This document shows positions 30,670-41,848 of a DNA stretch of 64,000 bases, one piece after another. The stretch lies in contig JBDTPG010000001.1 in assembly GCA_039932815.1 (NCBI GenBank), positions 8,956 to 72,955 of the forward strand, in the 5' to 3' direction. The notes under the pieces are model-generated. The model saw only the letters and a list, made by a program, of their open reading frames with translations. It did no database searches and was not told where the DNA came from. Both the position numbers and the translations under genes were made by a program. The DNA comes from Caldimonas sp. (lineage in GTDB: Bacteria > Pseudomonadota > Gammaproteobacteria > Burkholderiales > Burkholderiaceae_C). Each line of letters begins with the position of its first letter. Positions within the stretch are counted from its first letter, which is position 1.

Positions 30670-31290
30670 ATGAGCACCGCGCGCCCGCCGTCGGGTCACG
30701 AGAAGATCGAGACCAACAACTTCCTGATGATCGTGCTGATCCTGCTCGTCGTCGCCGTCGGCGGCATCGTCGAGATCGTGCCGCTCTTCTTCCAGCGCTC
30801 GACGACGCAGCCGGTCCCGGGGCTCAAGCCCTACACCGCCCTGCAGCTCGCCGGCCGCGACATCTACACCCGCGAGGGTTGCTACAACTGCCACTCGCAG
30901 ATGATCCGGGCGCTGCAGGCCGAGACGCTGCGCTACGGCCACTATTCGATGGCCGGCGAGTTCGTCTACGACCACCCGTTCCAGTGGGGCAGCAAGCGCA
31001 CCGGGCCCGACCTGCACCGCGTCGGCGGCAAGTACAGCGACGAGTGGCATCGCCTGCATCTCAACAACCCGCGCGACCTGGTGCCGGAGTCGAACATGCC
31101 GGCGTACCCGTGGCTGTTCACGGACAAGGTCGACGACTCCGCCATCGCCGCCCACATGACCGGCCTGCGCCGCGTCGGCGTCCCTTACACCGATGCCGAG
31201 ATCGCCCAGGCGCCGGGCGAGGTGCGCGGCAAGGCCGAGATCGAGGCGCTCGTCGCCTACCTGCAGGTGCTCGGCACGGCAGTCAAGTAA
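30670..31290 (+). CDS. ccoO: cytochrome c oxidase cbb3 subunit II
   Basis: [22 protein letters not shown]. Confidence 0.98.
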   Translation: MSTARPPSGHEKIETNNFLMIVLILLVVAVGGIVEIVPLFFQRSTTQPVPGLKPYTALQLAGRDIYTREGCYNCHSQMIRALQAETLRYGHYSMAGEFVYDHPFQWGSKRTGPDLHRVGGKYSDEWHRLHLNNPRDLVPESNMPAYPWLFTDKVDDSAIAAHMTGLRRVGVPYTDAEIAQAPGEVRGKAEIEALVAYLQVLGTAVK

Positions 31291-31309
31291 CGCACGCACA
31301 GGAGAACGC

Positions 31310-31465
31310 ATGGACGTCAACGACCTGCGCATCGCCGTCACGGTGGTGTCGCTCGGGGTCTTCCTGGGCCTGATGGTCTGGGTGAGCCTGCGGCGCAACG
31401 CGCCGCGCTTCGAGGAGGCGGCGCTGATCCCCTTCGCGGCCGACGCCGACGAGGTGGCGCGATGA
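31310..31465 (+). CDS. ccoQ: cbb3 oxidase subunit CcoQ
   Basis: MDVNDLRIAVTVVSLGVFLGLMVWV...FEEAALIPF; AGGAG RBS; lies between ccoO and ccoP. Confidence 0.9.
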   Translation: MDVNDLRIAVTVVSLGVFLGLMVWVSLRRNAPRFEEAALIPFAADADEVAR

Positions 31466-32376
31466 GCGACTTCTTCAGCAGCGGCTGGTCGATCTTCATC
31501 GCCGTCGTCACGCTGGTCGGGTTGATCGCCTGCCTCGCGCTGCTGGTGTTCGCGAGCCGCCGGCAGCCGATGGCCCAGGACAACAGCACCGGCCACGTGT
31601 TCGACGAGGACCTGGTCGAGATGAACAACCCGCTGCCGCTCTGGTGGGTGATCCTGTTCGTGCTCACGGTGGTGTTCGCGCTGGCCTACGTGTACGCCTA
31701 TCCCGGACTGGGGTCGACGCCGGGAAGCCTCGGCTGGACCAGCCGCGGCGAGCTGGAAGCCGACCAGGCTCGCGTCGCCCTGGCGAGCGCGAAGATCTAC
31801 GACGCCTATGCCGCGCAACCGGCCGAGGCCCTCAGCCGCGACGAGCGCGCCATGGCGACCGGCCAGCGCCTGTTCATCAACAACTGCGCGACCTGCCACG
31901 GCTCGGACGCGCGCGGCAGCAAGGGCTTCCCGAACCTCACCGACAACGACTGGCTGCACGGCGGCACGCCGGAGAAGATCGAGGAGACGATCACCCTCGG
32001 CCGTACCGGCGTGATGCCGCCGATGGCGGCCGCCGTCGGCAGCGCCGGCGACGCGCACGATGTCGCCAACTACGTGATGAGCCTGTCCGGCGACCCGCAC
32101 AACCCGATCGCGGCGGCCGCGGGCAAGAAGAAGTTCGTCGTCTGCGCCGCCTGCCACGGCCCCGACGGCAAGGGCAACCAGGCGATCGGCGCCCCCAATC
32201 TCGCCGACAAGGTCTGGCTGCACGGCTGGGGCGAGCCGGCGATCGTCGACATGATCGACCACGGCAAGACCAACGTCATGCCGGCGCAGGCAGGGCGGCT
32301 GACGCCGGCGCAGATCCACCTGCTCGCCAGCTACGTCTGGAGCCTGTCGCAGAGCCGGCAGACGGCGGCGCGCTGA
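31462..32376 (+). CDS. ccoP: cytochrome c oxidase cbb3 subunit III (dihaem)
   Basis: TGHVFDEDLVEMNNPLPLWW; CATCH and CAACH haem motifs. Confidence 0.97.
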   Translation: MSDFFSSGWSIFIAVVTLVGLIACLALLVFASRRQPMAQDNSTGHVFDEDLVEMNNPLPLWWVILFVLTVVFALAYVYAYPGLGSTPGSLGWTSRGELEADQARVALASAKIYDAYAAQPAEALSRDERAMATGQRLFINNCATCHGSDARGSKGFPNLTDNDWLHGGTPEKIEETITLGRTGVMPPMAAAVGSAGDAHDVANYVMSLSGDPHNPIAAAAGKKKFVVCAACHGPDGKGNQAIGAPNLADKVWLHGWGEPAIVDMIDHGKTNVMPAQAGRLTPAQIHLLASYVWSLSQSRQTAAR

Positions 32377-32411
32377 CCTCGGCGACGGCGTCGCCGGCGC
32401 TTCCCATCGAC

Positions 32412-33872
32412 ATGAATCACGCCGTCATCCCGATCGTCGCCGCGGCCACCGCGGCAGAAAGCGGATCGCTCTACGTCAGCGAGGCCAAGATCCAGCCGCG
32501 CACCGTGAGCGGCTGGTTCGCGACCTGGCGCTGGCTGTTCGTCTGGGTGACGCAGCTCCTGTTCTACGGCCTGCCGTGGCTCGCATGGAACGGCCGCCAG
32601 GCCGTGCTGCTCGACCTGGCCGCGCGCCGCTTCTACATTTTCGGCATGGTCCTGCACCCTCAGGACGTGATCTACCTCGCCGGTCTGCTGATCGTCTCGG
32701 CGTTCTCGCTCTTTCTCTTCACCGCCGTTGCCGGGCGCCTGTGGTGCGGCTTCGCCTGCCCGCAGACGGTCTACACCGAGATCTTCATGTGGGTCGAGCG
32801 CAAGTTCGAGGGCGACCGGCAGGCGCGCATGAAGCTCGACGCCGCGCCCTGGTCGGCGCAAAAGCTGCTGCGCCGCGGCGGCAAGCAGGCCGTCTGGCTC
32901 GCGATCGGCGCATGGACCGGTTTCACCTTCGTCGCCTACTTCACGCCCGCGCGCTCGCTCGCCGCCGAAGTCGTGACGCTCGGGGTCGGGCCGTGGGAGG
33001 CGTTCTGGATCCTCTTCTACGGCTTCGCGACCTACGGCAACGCCGGCTACATGCGCGAGCAGGTCTGCAAGTACATGTGCCCGTACGCGCGCTTCCAGAG
33101 CGCGATGTTCGACCGCGACACCCTGATCATCAGCTACGACGCGGCGCGCGGCGAGCCGCGCGGCTCGCGCCGGCGCGGCGTCGATGCGGCCTCGGTCGGC
33201 AAGGGCGACTGCATCGACTGCACCTTGTGCGTCCAGGTCTGCCCGACCGGCATCGACATCCGCAAGGGCCTGCAATACGAGTGCATCGGCTGCGCCGCCT
33301 GCATCGACGTCTGCGACAGCGTGATGGACAAGATGCAGTCGCCGCGCGGCCTGATCCGCTACGCCACGCAGAACGGGATCCAGAACGGCTGGACGCGGCG
33401 CCAGATGTGGCGCCGCGCCTTTCGCCCGCGCGTGCTGGTGTACGGCGCGATCCTCTCGGCGATCGTCGTCGCCTTCGTCGCCAGCCTGGCGCTGCGCTCG
33501 CCGTTCAAGGCCGACGTCGTGCGCGACCGCGGCGCCCTCGCCCGCCTCGTCGAAGGCGGCCGGGTCGAGAACGTCTACCGCGTCCAGCTGATGAACTCGA
33601 CCGAGCAGACGCAGCGCTTCCACATCGAGCCCGAAGGCCTGGCGCAGGCGACCCTGTCGCAATGGTCCGACGTCGAGCTGGCCCCGACCGAGGCGCGCTG
33701 GGTGCCGCTCTCGGTGCAGCTGCCGCCCGAAGCCGCCGTCGCGCTCGGTGCGGGCGCGCATCCGCTGCGCTTTCGCATCGTCCTGCTCGCCGATGCCGAG
33801 TCGCACGCGGCCGGACGCGACGAGCCCCAGGCCGAGCGGCACGAGAAGTCGACCTTCGTCGTGCCGCGCTGA
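32412..33872 (+). CDS. ccoG: cbb3 accessory 4Fe-4S protein CcoG/FixG
   Basis: GRLWCGFACPQTV, CKYMCPYARFQ, CIDCTLCVQVCP, CIGCAACIDVC. Confidence 0.96.
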   Translation: MNHAVIPIVAAATAAESGSLYVSEAKIQPRTVSGWFATWRWLFVWVTQLLFYGLPWLAWNGRQAVLLDLAARRFYIFGMVLHPQDVIYLAGLLIVSAFSLFLFTAVAGRLWCGFACPQTVYTEIFMWVERKFEGDRQARMKLDAAPWSAQKLLRRGGKQAVWLAIGAWTGFTFVAYFTPARSLAAEVVTLGVGPWEAFWILFYGFATYGNAGYMREQVCKYMCPYARFQSAMFDRDTLIISYDAARGEPRGSRRRGVDAASVGKGDCIDCTLCVQVCPTGIDIRKGLQYECIGCAACIDVCDSVMDKMQSPRGLIRYATQNGIQNGWTRRQMWRRAFRPRVLVYGAILSAIVVAFVASLALRSPFKADVVRDRGALARLVEGGRVENVYRVQLMNSTEQTQRFHIEPEGLAQATLSQWSDVELAPTEARWVPLSVQLPPEAAVALGAGAHPLRFRIVLLADAESHAAGRDEPQAERHEKSTFVVPR

Positions 33873-33884
33873 AAGGAGACCTCC

Positions 33885-34145
33885 ATGTCGAACATCGCTT
33901 CCGTTCCTGACGGCGCAGGGCCGAAGGCGCCGCCCTGGTGGCGCTTTCCCATCGTCTGGTTCGCACTCTCGGGCCCGGCGCTCGTGATCGTGGCCGGCAG
34001 CGCGACCATGGTCCTCGCCTATCGCCACGCCGACGTCGTGCTCGTCGAGACGCCGACGGCGACCTCGCCGCGCAGCGACGCGCGCGCGGCAGCGCCCGCG
34101 CTCCAGGCCCGCAACCACGCGGCCACGCCTGCGACACGGCCATGA
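33885..34145 (+). CDS. ccoH: FixH/CcoH-like short protein
   Basis: PWWRFPIVWFALSGPALVIVAGSATMVLA; follows ccoG; AAGGAG RBS. Confidence 0.75.
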   Translation: MSNIASVPDGAGPKAPPWWRFPIVWFALSGPALVIVAGSATMVLAYRHADVVLVETPTATSPRSDARAAAPALQARNHAATPATRP

Positions 34146-34432
34146 GACGCGCGATCTGCATCCTGTGGCCGGCGTTCCTCACCGCCGGCGTCCTCGATGC
34201 GCTCGTCTTCGCCGTGCTCGACCCGCATGACATGCGCTGGTTCGGCGGCGGCCTCATCGGCTGGTCGCCGGTGACGATCTACTCGGTCACCTTCCTGATC
34301 TTCTGGGTCGGCATCGCGGCCGCTGCGGCGATGACCGCGCTGCTCATGCTGAGCGCCGACGAGATCAACGGTCCCGGCTTCGACGACGCCGCGCGCGCCG
34401 CGCCCGCGGCGACGCCGGCCGTCGGCCCCTGA
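34142..34432 (+). CDS. conserved small membrane protein of cco clusters
   Basis: MRRAICILWPAFLTAGVLDALVFAVLDP...YSVTFLIFW; overlaps the ccoH stop. Confidence 0.8.
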   Translation: MRRAICILWPAFLTAGVLDALVFAVLDPHDMRWFGGGLIGWSPVTIYSVTFLIFWVGIAAAAAMTALLMLSADEINGPGFDDAARAAPAATPAVGP

Positions 34433-34453
34433 TCGACAGGAGACGATCGAGTC

Positions 34454-35164
34454 GTGGACGCTGCGCTCGTCACCGCCGCCGCGCTGATGGGGCTGGCCGG
34501 CGGGCCGCACTGTGCCGCCATGTGCGGCGCGGCCTGCAATGTCGCCGCCCGGGTCGGCAGCGAACGCGGCGGTCGCCGTGGTCCGAGCCCGCTGCTGGCG
34601 CTGCACACCGGGCGCGTCGTCGGCTACGCCGCCATGGGCGCGCTGGTCGCGACCGGCGTCAACGGCCTCGGCGCCTTCAGCGACGCGGCGCCGATGGTGC
34701 GGCCGATCTGGGCCATCGTGCACGTCGCCGCGGTGCTCCTGGGCCTCTGGCTGCTCTCGTTCGGCCGCGCGCCGGCCTGGCTCTCCGCGGCGCAACCGAG
34801 GCTGGCCGCGATCGGCCAGGCGCAACCGGTTCGCGTCTTCAGGAAGCTGCCGGCGCCGGCGCGTGCCGGATTGATCGGCGCGGCGTGGGTGATCGTGCCC
34901 TGCGGGCTGCTGCAGTCCGCACTGCTCGTGTCCGCGCTGGCGTCGAACGCCGCGGCCGGTGCGGCGGTGATGGCCGCCTTCGCGCTGGCATCGACGCTAG
35001 GCCTGTGGCTCGCGCAGTCGCTCTGGTCGCGGCTTCGGGGCCGGAACGCGCGCGAGCACCTCGCCGAATGGCCCGTCCGCGCGGCCGGCGCGCTGCTCGC
35101 CGGCGCCTCGCTTTTTGCGCTATGGCACGGCCTCGGCGCCGCGCTGTGCGGCGTCGCCCCATGA
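34454..35164 (+). CDS. DsbD_2/TauE-SafE-like membrane protein (cbb3/Cu biogenesis associated)
   Basis: GGPHCAAMCG and IVPCGLL motifs, several TM helices. Confidence 0.85.
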   Translation: MDAALVTAAALMGLAGGPHCAAMCGAACNVAARVGSERGGRRGPSPLLALHTGRVVGYAAMGALVATGVNGLGAFSDAAPMVRPIWAIVHVAAVLLGLWLLSFGRAPAWLSAAQPRLAAIGQAQPVRVFRKLPAPARAGLIGAAWVIVPCGLLQSALLVSALASNAAAGAAVMAAFALASTLGLWLAQSLWSRLRGRNAREHLAEWPVRAAGALLAGASLFALWHGLGAALCGVAP

Positions 35165-35241
35165 GATCGGGCTGAAGTTCGGTTCGGCGACAATTCGGCG
35201 ATGGCCTCGCCCGCGCGCTATCGTCGGACGGTCGCCCTGCC

Positions 35242-35967
35242 GTGAAGACGACATCGGCAGGCCGGCGCGATTTCTACATCACCACGGCGTTCCTCGCTCT
35301 GGTGCTCGCGTGGGATTTCAGTGGCCTCGACATGCGGGTCATGCGCCTCTTCGGCGGAGCGACCGGCTTTGCGGAGCGCGACAGCCTGTGGGCGAGCACG
35401 CTCGTGCACAGCGGTGGCCGCTGGCTCGCGTGGCTGCTCGCGGCGGCGCTCGCTGTCGTCGCCCTGCGCACGCCGAAAGCCGCTCGCGGCGCGCCGGGCC
35501 GCACGGAACGCCTGGGCTGGCTCGGCGTCATGCTGCTCTGCGCGCTGGCGGTGCCGGCGCTGAAGCGCCTGAGCGCCACCAGCTGCCCCTGGGACCTGGC
35601 CGAATTCGGCGGCATGGCGAGGTACGTCTCGCACTGGCAATGGGGACTCGCCGACGGCGGCCCCGGCCACTGCTTCCCGGCCGGCCACGCCATCGCGGCC
35701 TACGCGTTCTTCGGCATGTACTTCCTGTGGCGCGGCCACGATCCCCGGCGCGCGCGTGCGTGGCTGCTCGGCGTGCTCGCCGCCGGCGTGCTGTTCGGCA
35801 TCGGCCAGCTCGTCCGCGGCGCCCACTATCCGAGCCATACCCTCTGGTCGGCCTGGATCTGCTGGGCGATCTGCGCCGGAGCCGACGGCCTGCGCCGCGT
35901 CATATCGGTGCTGCGCGCGCCGGCGCCGGCCTCCACGCTCCTCGCCCATCCCGCGCCGCCAAGCTGA
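35242..35967 (+). CDS. PAP2-family membrane phosphatase
   Basis: LKRLSATSCPWDL, CFPAGHA, QLVRGAHYPSHTLWS. Confidence 0.88.
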   Translation: MKTTSAGRRDFYITTAFLALVLAWDFSGLDMRVMRLFGGATGFAERDSLWASTLVHSGGRWLAWLLAAALAVVALRTPKAARGAPGRTERLGWLGVMLLCALAVPALKRLSATSCPWDLAEFGGMARYVSHWQWGLADGGPGHCFPAGHAIAAYAFFGMYFLWRGHDPRRARAWLLGVLAAGVLFGIGQLVRGAHYPSHTLWSAWICWAICAGADGLRRVISVLRAPAPASTLLAHPAPPS

Positions 35968-35979
35968 GCGCTCTGCGCA

Positions 35980-36675
35980 TTAGCGGCCCTTGACGTCGCG
36001 CTTCGCAGCGTCGCCGGCCGAAGCGATCCACGCCGACGACGAGGCGACAGCAGCGCCCAGGTGAGCGCCGCGCAACGCCTCGAGCGACGGGCCGAGCCCG
36101 AGGGGCGCCGGCAAGGTCATCAGGATGCGCTTGAACAGCGGCCGGAAGGCGTCGTCGGCGTCGCGACACGTGAGCGGGTCGCGGTTCTCCATGAAGGCTG
36201 CGTCGAGATGGGCCCAGTCGGCGGGGCTCAGCACGCGCTCGGCCATCGGCAGCACGTCCATCTCCTCGACGCGCATGTGCTCGAGGTAGCCGGCGATGTA
36301 GTCGCGCATCCGGTCCTCGAAGCGCACCCGGCGCGCGGGTGCATCGGCGGCATCGCTCAACATCTCCAGCGCGAGCAGATCGTGCTCCAGGTCGCGCACC
36401 GCGTGGTGGCTGGTCGCATGATCGCTATCGAGGCGGTCGAGGATCGAAGCGAGCTCGTCGCTGCGCGCCCGCAGCGCCGGAAAGAGGAGCGACGTCTCTT
36501 TCGTGTGATGCACCCGCTCGGGAAACTCGTCGATGTAGAAGAGCATGGCGCGCAGCACCTGGAAGTCGGGCATCACGCCGTGACGGCGACTTTCCGAGAG
36601 CAGCAGGCCGATCGAGCGGAGCACCGCGGACAGGGTGCTGTGCTCGTCGCGAATGATGCGGATCGTCGGATGCAT
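35980..36675 (-). CDS. hemerythrin/HHE domain protein
   Basis: IRDEH, FPERVHHTKE, DSDH, EHMRVEE. Confidence 0.88.
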   Translation of the reverse strand: MHPTIRIIRDEHSTLSAVLRSIGLLLSESRRHGVMPDFQVLRAMLFYIDEFPERVHHTKETSLLFPALRARSDELASILDRLDSDHATSHHAVRDLEHDLLALEMLSDAADAPARRVRFEDRMRDYIAGYLEHMRVEEMDVLPMAERVLSPADWAHLDAAFMENRDPLTCRDADDAFRPLFKRILMTLPAPLGLGPSLEALRGAHLGAAVASSSAWIASAGDAAKRDVKGR

Positions 36676-36687
36676 GACGGTCTCCTT

Positions 36688-38100
36688 TCAGGAATCGTTG
36701 CCGGGATCGCCCAGCGCGAAATAGCGCATCCGCCCGTCTCGAAGGACCAGCAATGCGACGTAGGAATCGAACGGCGCGCGCGCGATGGCCGCCCGGTAGT
36801 CGGCGAGCCGGCGCACCACCGTGTCGTTGACGCGAAGGATGCGATCGCCCGCCCAGAGGCCGGCGCGCAGCGCGATGCCGTGTGCCTCGCGGACCTCGAG
36901 GACGGCGTCGTCGACGCCGGGCACCGGCCGAGGCGACATCTCGGCCACGATCAGGCCGAGGCGGTCGCCCCGGCGCGGCCTGGCGGGAGGCGGTGCGCTC
37001 GCGTTCGCCAGCTCGGCGACCTCGATCGCGACGTGGCGGAGCGTGCCGGACCGCCAGACGCCGACCCGCACGCTCGTGCCGGGAGCCCGGTCGGCGATCG
37101 CCTGCTGGATGTCCGCGTAGCGCATGTCATCGCGCTCATCGACGCCGAGGACGATGTCGCCGACGCGAAGCCCCGCCCGCTCGCCCGGCCCGCCACGCAC
37201 CGTCGACACGACGATGGCGCCGGCAGCCCGAGGCAGGCCGAACGCCAGCGCCAGCGCCGGCGTCATTTCCTGCACGTCGAGTCCGACCTGGCCGCGAACG
37301 ACGCGGCCGTGCTCGCGCAGCTGACGCGCGACGCTCATGGCGGCGTCGATGGGCAGGGCGAAGGAGACGCCCTGGTAGCCGCCGCTGGTCGTGTAGACCA
37401 TCGAATTGATGCCGACGACCTGGCCGTGCAGGTTGAAGAGCGGCGACCCCGAACTGCCGGGATTGACGGCGACGTCGGTCTGGATCATCTCGATGCCGTT
37501 GGTGCCCGGCAGCGTGCGCCGCGCGCTGACGATGCCCGCGGTGACGCTCGACTCGAGCCCGAATGGAGCGCCGATCGCCGAAACCCAGTCGCCGACCCTC
37601 AGCGCGCGCGGATCGCCGATCGCCGCGACGGCGAGGCGGCCGGCCTCGATCTTCAGGAGGGCGAGGTCGCTGACGGTGTCCAGGCCGATCAGCCGACCGC
37701 TGAACTCGCGGCCGTCGGCGAGCCGGATCGTCGCTTCGCGCAGACGCCCCACGGCGTGGGCGCTGGTCAGGATGTGGCCTTCGGCGGAGACGATCACGCC
37801 GGAGGCGAATCCCCGCACCGGGCGTCGCTCGGCGCCTCGTTCGCCGGCTTCCGGTGCGCGCTCGACGAAGGTGGCGCCCGCCTCGCCGTCGCCGTCGTCT
37901 TCGAGCGTCGGACGACGCTCCAGCGTCACCGTCGTGATGCTGACGACGACCGCCCCTTCGCGCGAGACCTGCGGGCTGAAGTCGGGAAGCTCGCCGGCAG
38001 GCACTGTCAGCGAGAACGCGAGCGTCGCGATCGAGGCCGCAAGCTGCAGCGTGTGCAGGAGCTGCGTTGCAGCGCCCGCCCGCCGTTCGCGGCCTCGCAT
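36688..38100 (-). CDS. HtrA/DegP-like periplasmic serine protease with two PDZ domains
   Basis: LPDF after a signal-like segment; ILTSAHAV (His), SDLALLKI (Asp), IQTDVAVNPGSSGSPLFN (Ser); PDZ GLRVGDIV and GLWAGDRI. Confidence 0.9.
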   Translation of the reverse strand: MRGRERRAGAATQLLHTLQLAASIATLAFSLTVPAGELPDFSPQVSREGAVVVSITTVTLERRPTLEDDGDGEAGATFVERAPEAGERGAERRPVRGFASGVIVSAEGHILTSAHAVGRLREATIRLADGREFSGRLIGLDTVSDLALLKIEAGRLAVAAIGDPRALRVGDWVSAIGAPFGLESSVTAGIVSARRTLPGTNGIEMIQTDVAVNPGSSGSPLFNLHGQVVGINSMVYTTSGGYQGVSFALPIDAAMSVARQLREHGRVVRGQVGLDVQEMTPALALAFGLPRAAGAIVVSTVRGGPGERAGLRVGDIVLGVDERDDMRYADIQQAIADRAPGTSVRVGVWRSGTLRHVAIEVAELANASAPPPARPRRGDRLGLIVAEMSPRPVPGVDDAVLEVREAHGIALRAGLWAGDRILRVNDTVVRRLADYRAAIARAPFDSYVALLVLRDGRMRYFALGDPGNDS

Positions 38101-38114
38101 CGTGATCCCCCGGC

Positions 38115-38252
38115 TCAGCGGGCGGCGTGCGCTGCCGCCGGCGGTGCGGGCGTCGGCCCCTCCGGCAGCTCCAGGGCGGCCGCGAGGAACACCGTCAGCG
38201 CGCACGCCAGCGCGAGCGCCGGCGTCAGGTGGTCGAACAAGAAGCGTCTCAT
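38115..38252 (-). CDS. small single-TM peptide (45 aa)
   Basis: AAAGGA RBS; MRRFLFDHLTPALALACALTVFLAAALELPEGPTPAPPAAAHAAR; start overlaps the upstream stop (ATGA). Confidence 0.6.
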   Translation of the reverse strand: MRRFLFDHLTPALALACALTVFLAAALELPEGPTPAPPAAAHAAR

Positions 38253-38800
38253 GGGGTTCCTTTCTGCAGGACGAACCCGCCCGTCGGGGCACGATTCAGC
38301 AGCGCGAAGAGCAGCACGGCCTGGAGGATCAGCAGCCGCTTCGTCTCGGCCGAATCGGCACCGTCGAGCAGCCGGGTCAGGGGCGCCGTCGCGTTGCGGG
38401 ACGAAGCGAGGCCGTCGAACACGGGCACGCCGGCGTCGCGAGCGAGCCGAATGACGAGCGACGGGTCGAGCCCTTGGCACTCGATGCCGTCGTAGAGCCG
38501 GCCGAGGATGCGAGCGGTGTGCTTCAGCGCCTCCTCGCCGGCGGTATCGAGCTGCGAGACGCTGGGCCGGATATGCGTCACCCGCGCGCCGAGCGCCGTC
38601 GCCGCGCGACGAAAGAGCTTCGCCTCCTCGCCGTCGTCGAGCTCGCAGACCAGGCCGAGGTGCCGGTCGCGCAGCAGGTGCGCCTTGGGCGCCCCGTCTC
38701 CCGCTCGCTGCAACTCGCGCGCGCTCGCGAGGAGCGAGTCGCTGTCGAGCGGCGATGGCCACGGGGTGGCCGGGACGGAAGGCGTTGGCGCGCTGGGCAT
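38249..38800 (-). CDS. ornithine carbamoyltransferase-derived single-domain protein lacking catalytic motifs
   Basis: ALGARVTHI...SQL...LKHTARILGRLYDGIECQG...AGVPVFDGL matches the OTCase carbamoyl-phosphate domain; STRT and HPTQ absent; no ornithine domain. Confidence 0.8.
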   Translation of the reverse strand: MPSAPTPSVPATPWPSPLDSDSLLASARELQRAGDGAPKAHLLRDRHLGLVCELDDGEEAKLFRRAATALGARVTHIRPSVSQLDTAGEEALKHTARILGRLYDGIECQGLDPSLVIRLARDAGVPVFDGLASSRNATAPLTRLLDGADSAETKRLLILQAVLLFALLNRAPTGGFVLQKGTP

Positions 38801-38860
38801 TGAGCCGTCTTGCGAGGCGAAGCGAGGAAGGCAAGGGTAATGAGGCCGCCCCGGCCGGAG

Positions 38861-38874
38861 TTGATGCGCGTCAA
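38861..38874. promoter_or_regulatory. FNR/FixK box between the OTCase-like operon and the fixK-like gene
   Basis: TTGAT-GCGC-GTCAA; minus-strand -10-like TACCCT at 38839-38834. Confidence 0.85.
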
Positions 38875-38992
38875 TAGCGCCAGCGCTGTCACCGTCCGTT
38901 TACACACCGCGACCGAGCGATGCGTTCCGTTGGCAGAGCGGTGCCGTTCGCTGCCTAGCATTCATTCCAGCCCGCCCACCAAAGGACTCGAG

Positions 38993-39775
38993 ATGCTCAG
39001 CACCCCCGCCCATGACGCTCGTCCCCGTGGCTCGATGCGCACTACCGCGAACCTGTCGCCCGATCGGTTGGCCGACCAGCGGGCCAGCCAGCGCACCGTC
39101 GACACGTTGCGGCTGCTGCAGGAGCGACTCGCGCCGCAGCGCCGGGTGGTCCATGCCGGCGATTCGATCTACGCCGCCGGAGAACGCTTCACCAGCCTCT
39201 ACGTCCTCAACTCGGGCTGCTTCAAGATGATCAACCTCGCCGCCGACGGTCGCGAGCAGGTGGTCGGCCTGAAGTTCCGCGGCGACTGGCTCGGCTTCGA
39301 CGGCATCGCCGGTGGCTTCTACTCGTGCGAAGCGATCGCCATGGACACGGGCGAGGTCTGGACCATCCGCTACGACGACTTGCTTGCCGCCTGCCGCCCC
39401 TGCCCCGAGCTCCTGACCGTCCTGCACGAGGCGATGAGCCGCCAGATCGGCCGCGAGCGCGACTCGCTGATGTCGCTCTGCACCTTGCCCGCCGATGCGC
39501 GGGTGGCCGAATTCCTGCGCTCGTGGGCCGACTCGCTCGCCAAGAGCGGCCTGCGCTGCGACCAGATCACCTTGCGCATGACGCGCGCCGAGATCGGCAA
39601 CTACCTGGGCATGACGCTGGAGACCGTCAGCCGGGCGCTGTCCAAGCTGGCGCGGGCGGGGGTCATCGCCTTCGCCGAAAAGGGACGGCGCGATTTGCGC
39701 ATCGCCGACGTCGGCGCCCTGTCGGCCTTCGTGCAAGGGTGCCTGGCTCCGGCACCGGCGCCGACGCTCCAGTAG
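38993..39775 (+). CDS. Crp/Fnr family regulator, FixK-type (no N-terminal Fe-S Cys cluster)
   Basis: cNMP-like beta-roll (DGREQVVGL, GDWLGFDG); HTH MTRAEIGNYLGMTLETVSR with the FNR-type E--SR recognition helix; AAAGGA RBS. Confidence 0.92.
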   Translation: MLSTPAHDARPRGSMRTTANLSPDRLADQRASQRTVDTLRLLQERLAPQRRVVHAGDSIYAAGERFTSLYVLNSGCFKMINLAADGREQVVGLKFRGDWLGFDGIAGGFYSCEAIAMDTGEVWTIRYDDLLAACRPCPELLTVLHEAMSRQIGRERDSLMSLCTLPADARVAEFLRSWADSLAKSGLRCDQITLRMTRAEIGNYLGMTLETVSRALSKLARAGVIAFAEKGRRDLRIADVGALSAFVQGCLAPAPAPTLQ

Positions 39776-39778
39776 CGG

Positions 39779-41844
<2,066 letters not shown>

Positions 41845-41848
<4 letters not shown>

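Noticed and set aside
21426-38454. Long antisense ORFs (21426-24218, 25252-28071, 29100-30677, 36061-38454 and similar)
   Set aside because: They mirror well-supported genes on the opposite strand, a normal effect of high GC; no domain motifs (except the USP at the 3' end of 25252-28071)
38249-38800. Functional argF/arcB or an arginine deiminase pathway
   Set aside because: Catalytic motifs and the ornithine domain are missing; no arcA/arcC/arcD in the window
38993-39775. Canonical [4Fe-4S] FNR/Anr
   Set aside because: No N-terminal Cys cluster; the Cys residues present are scattered
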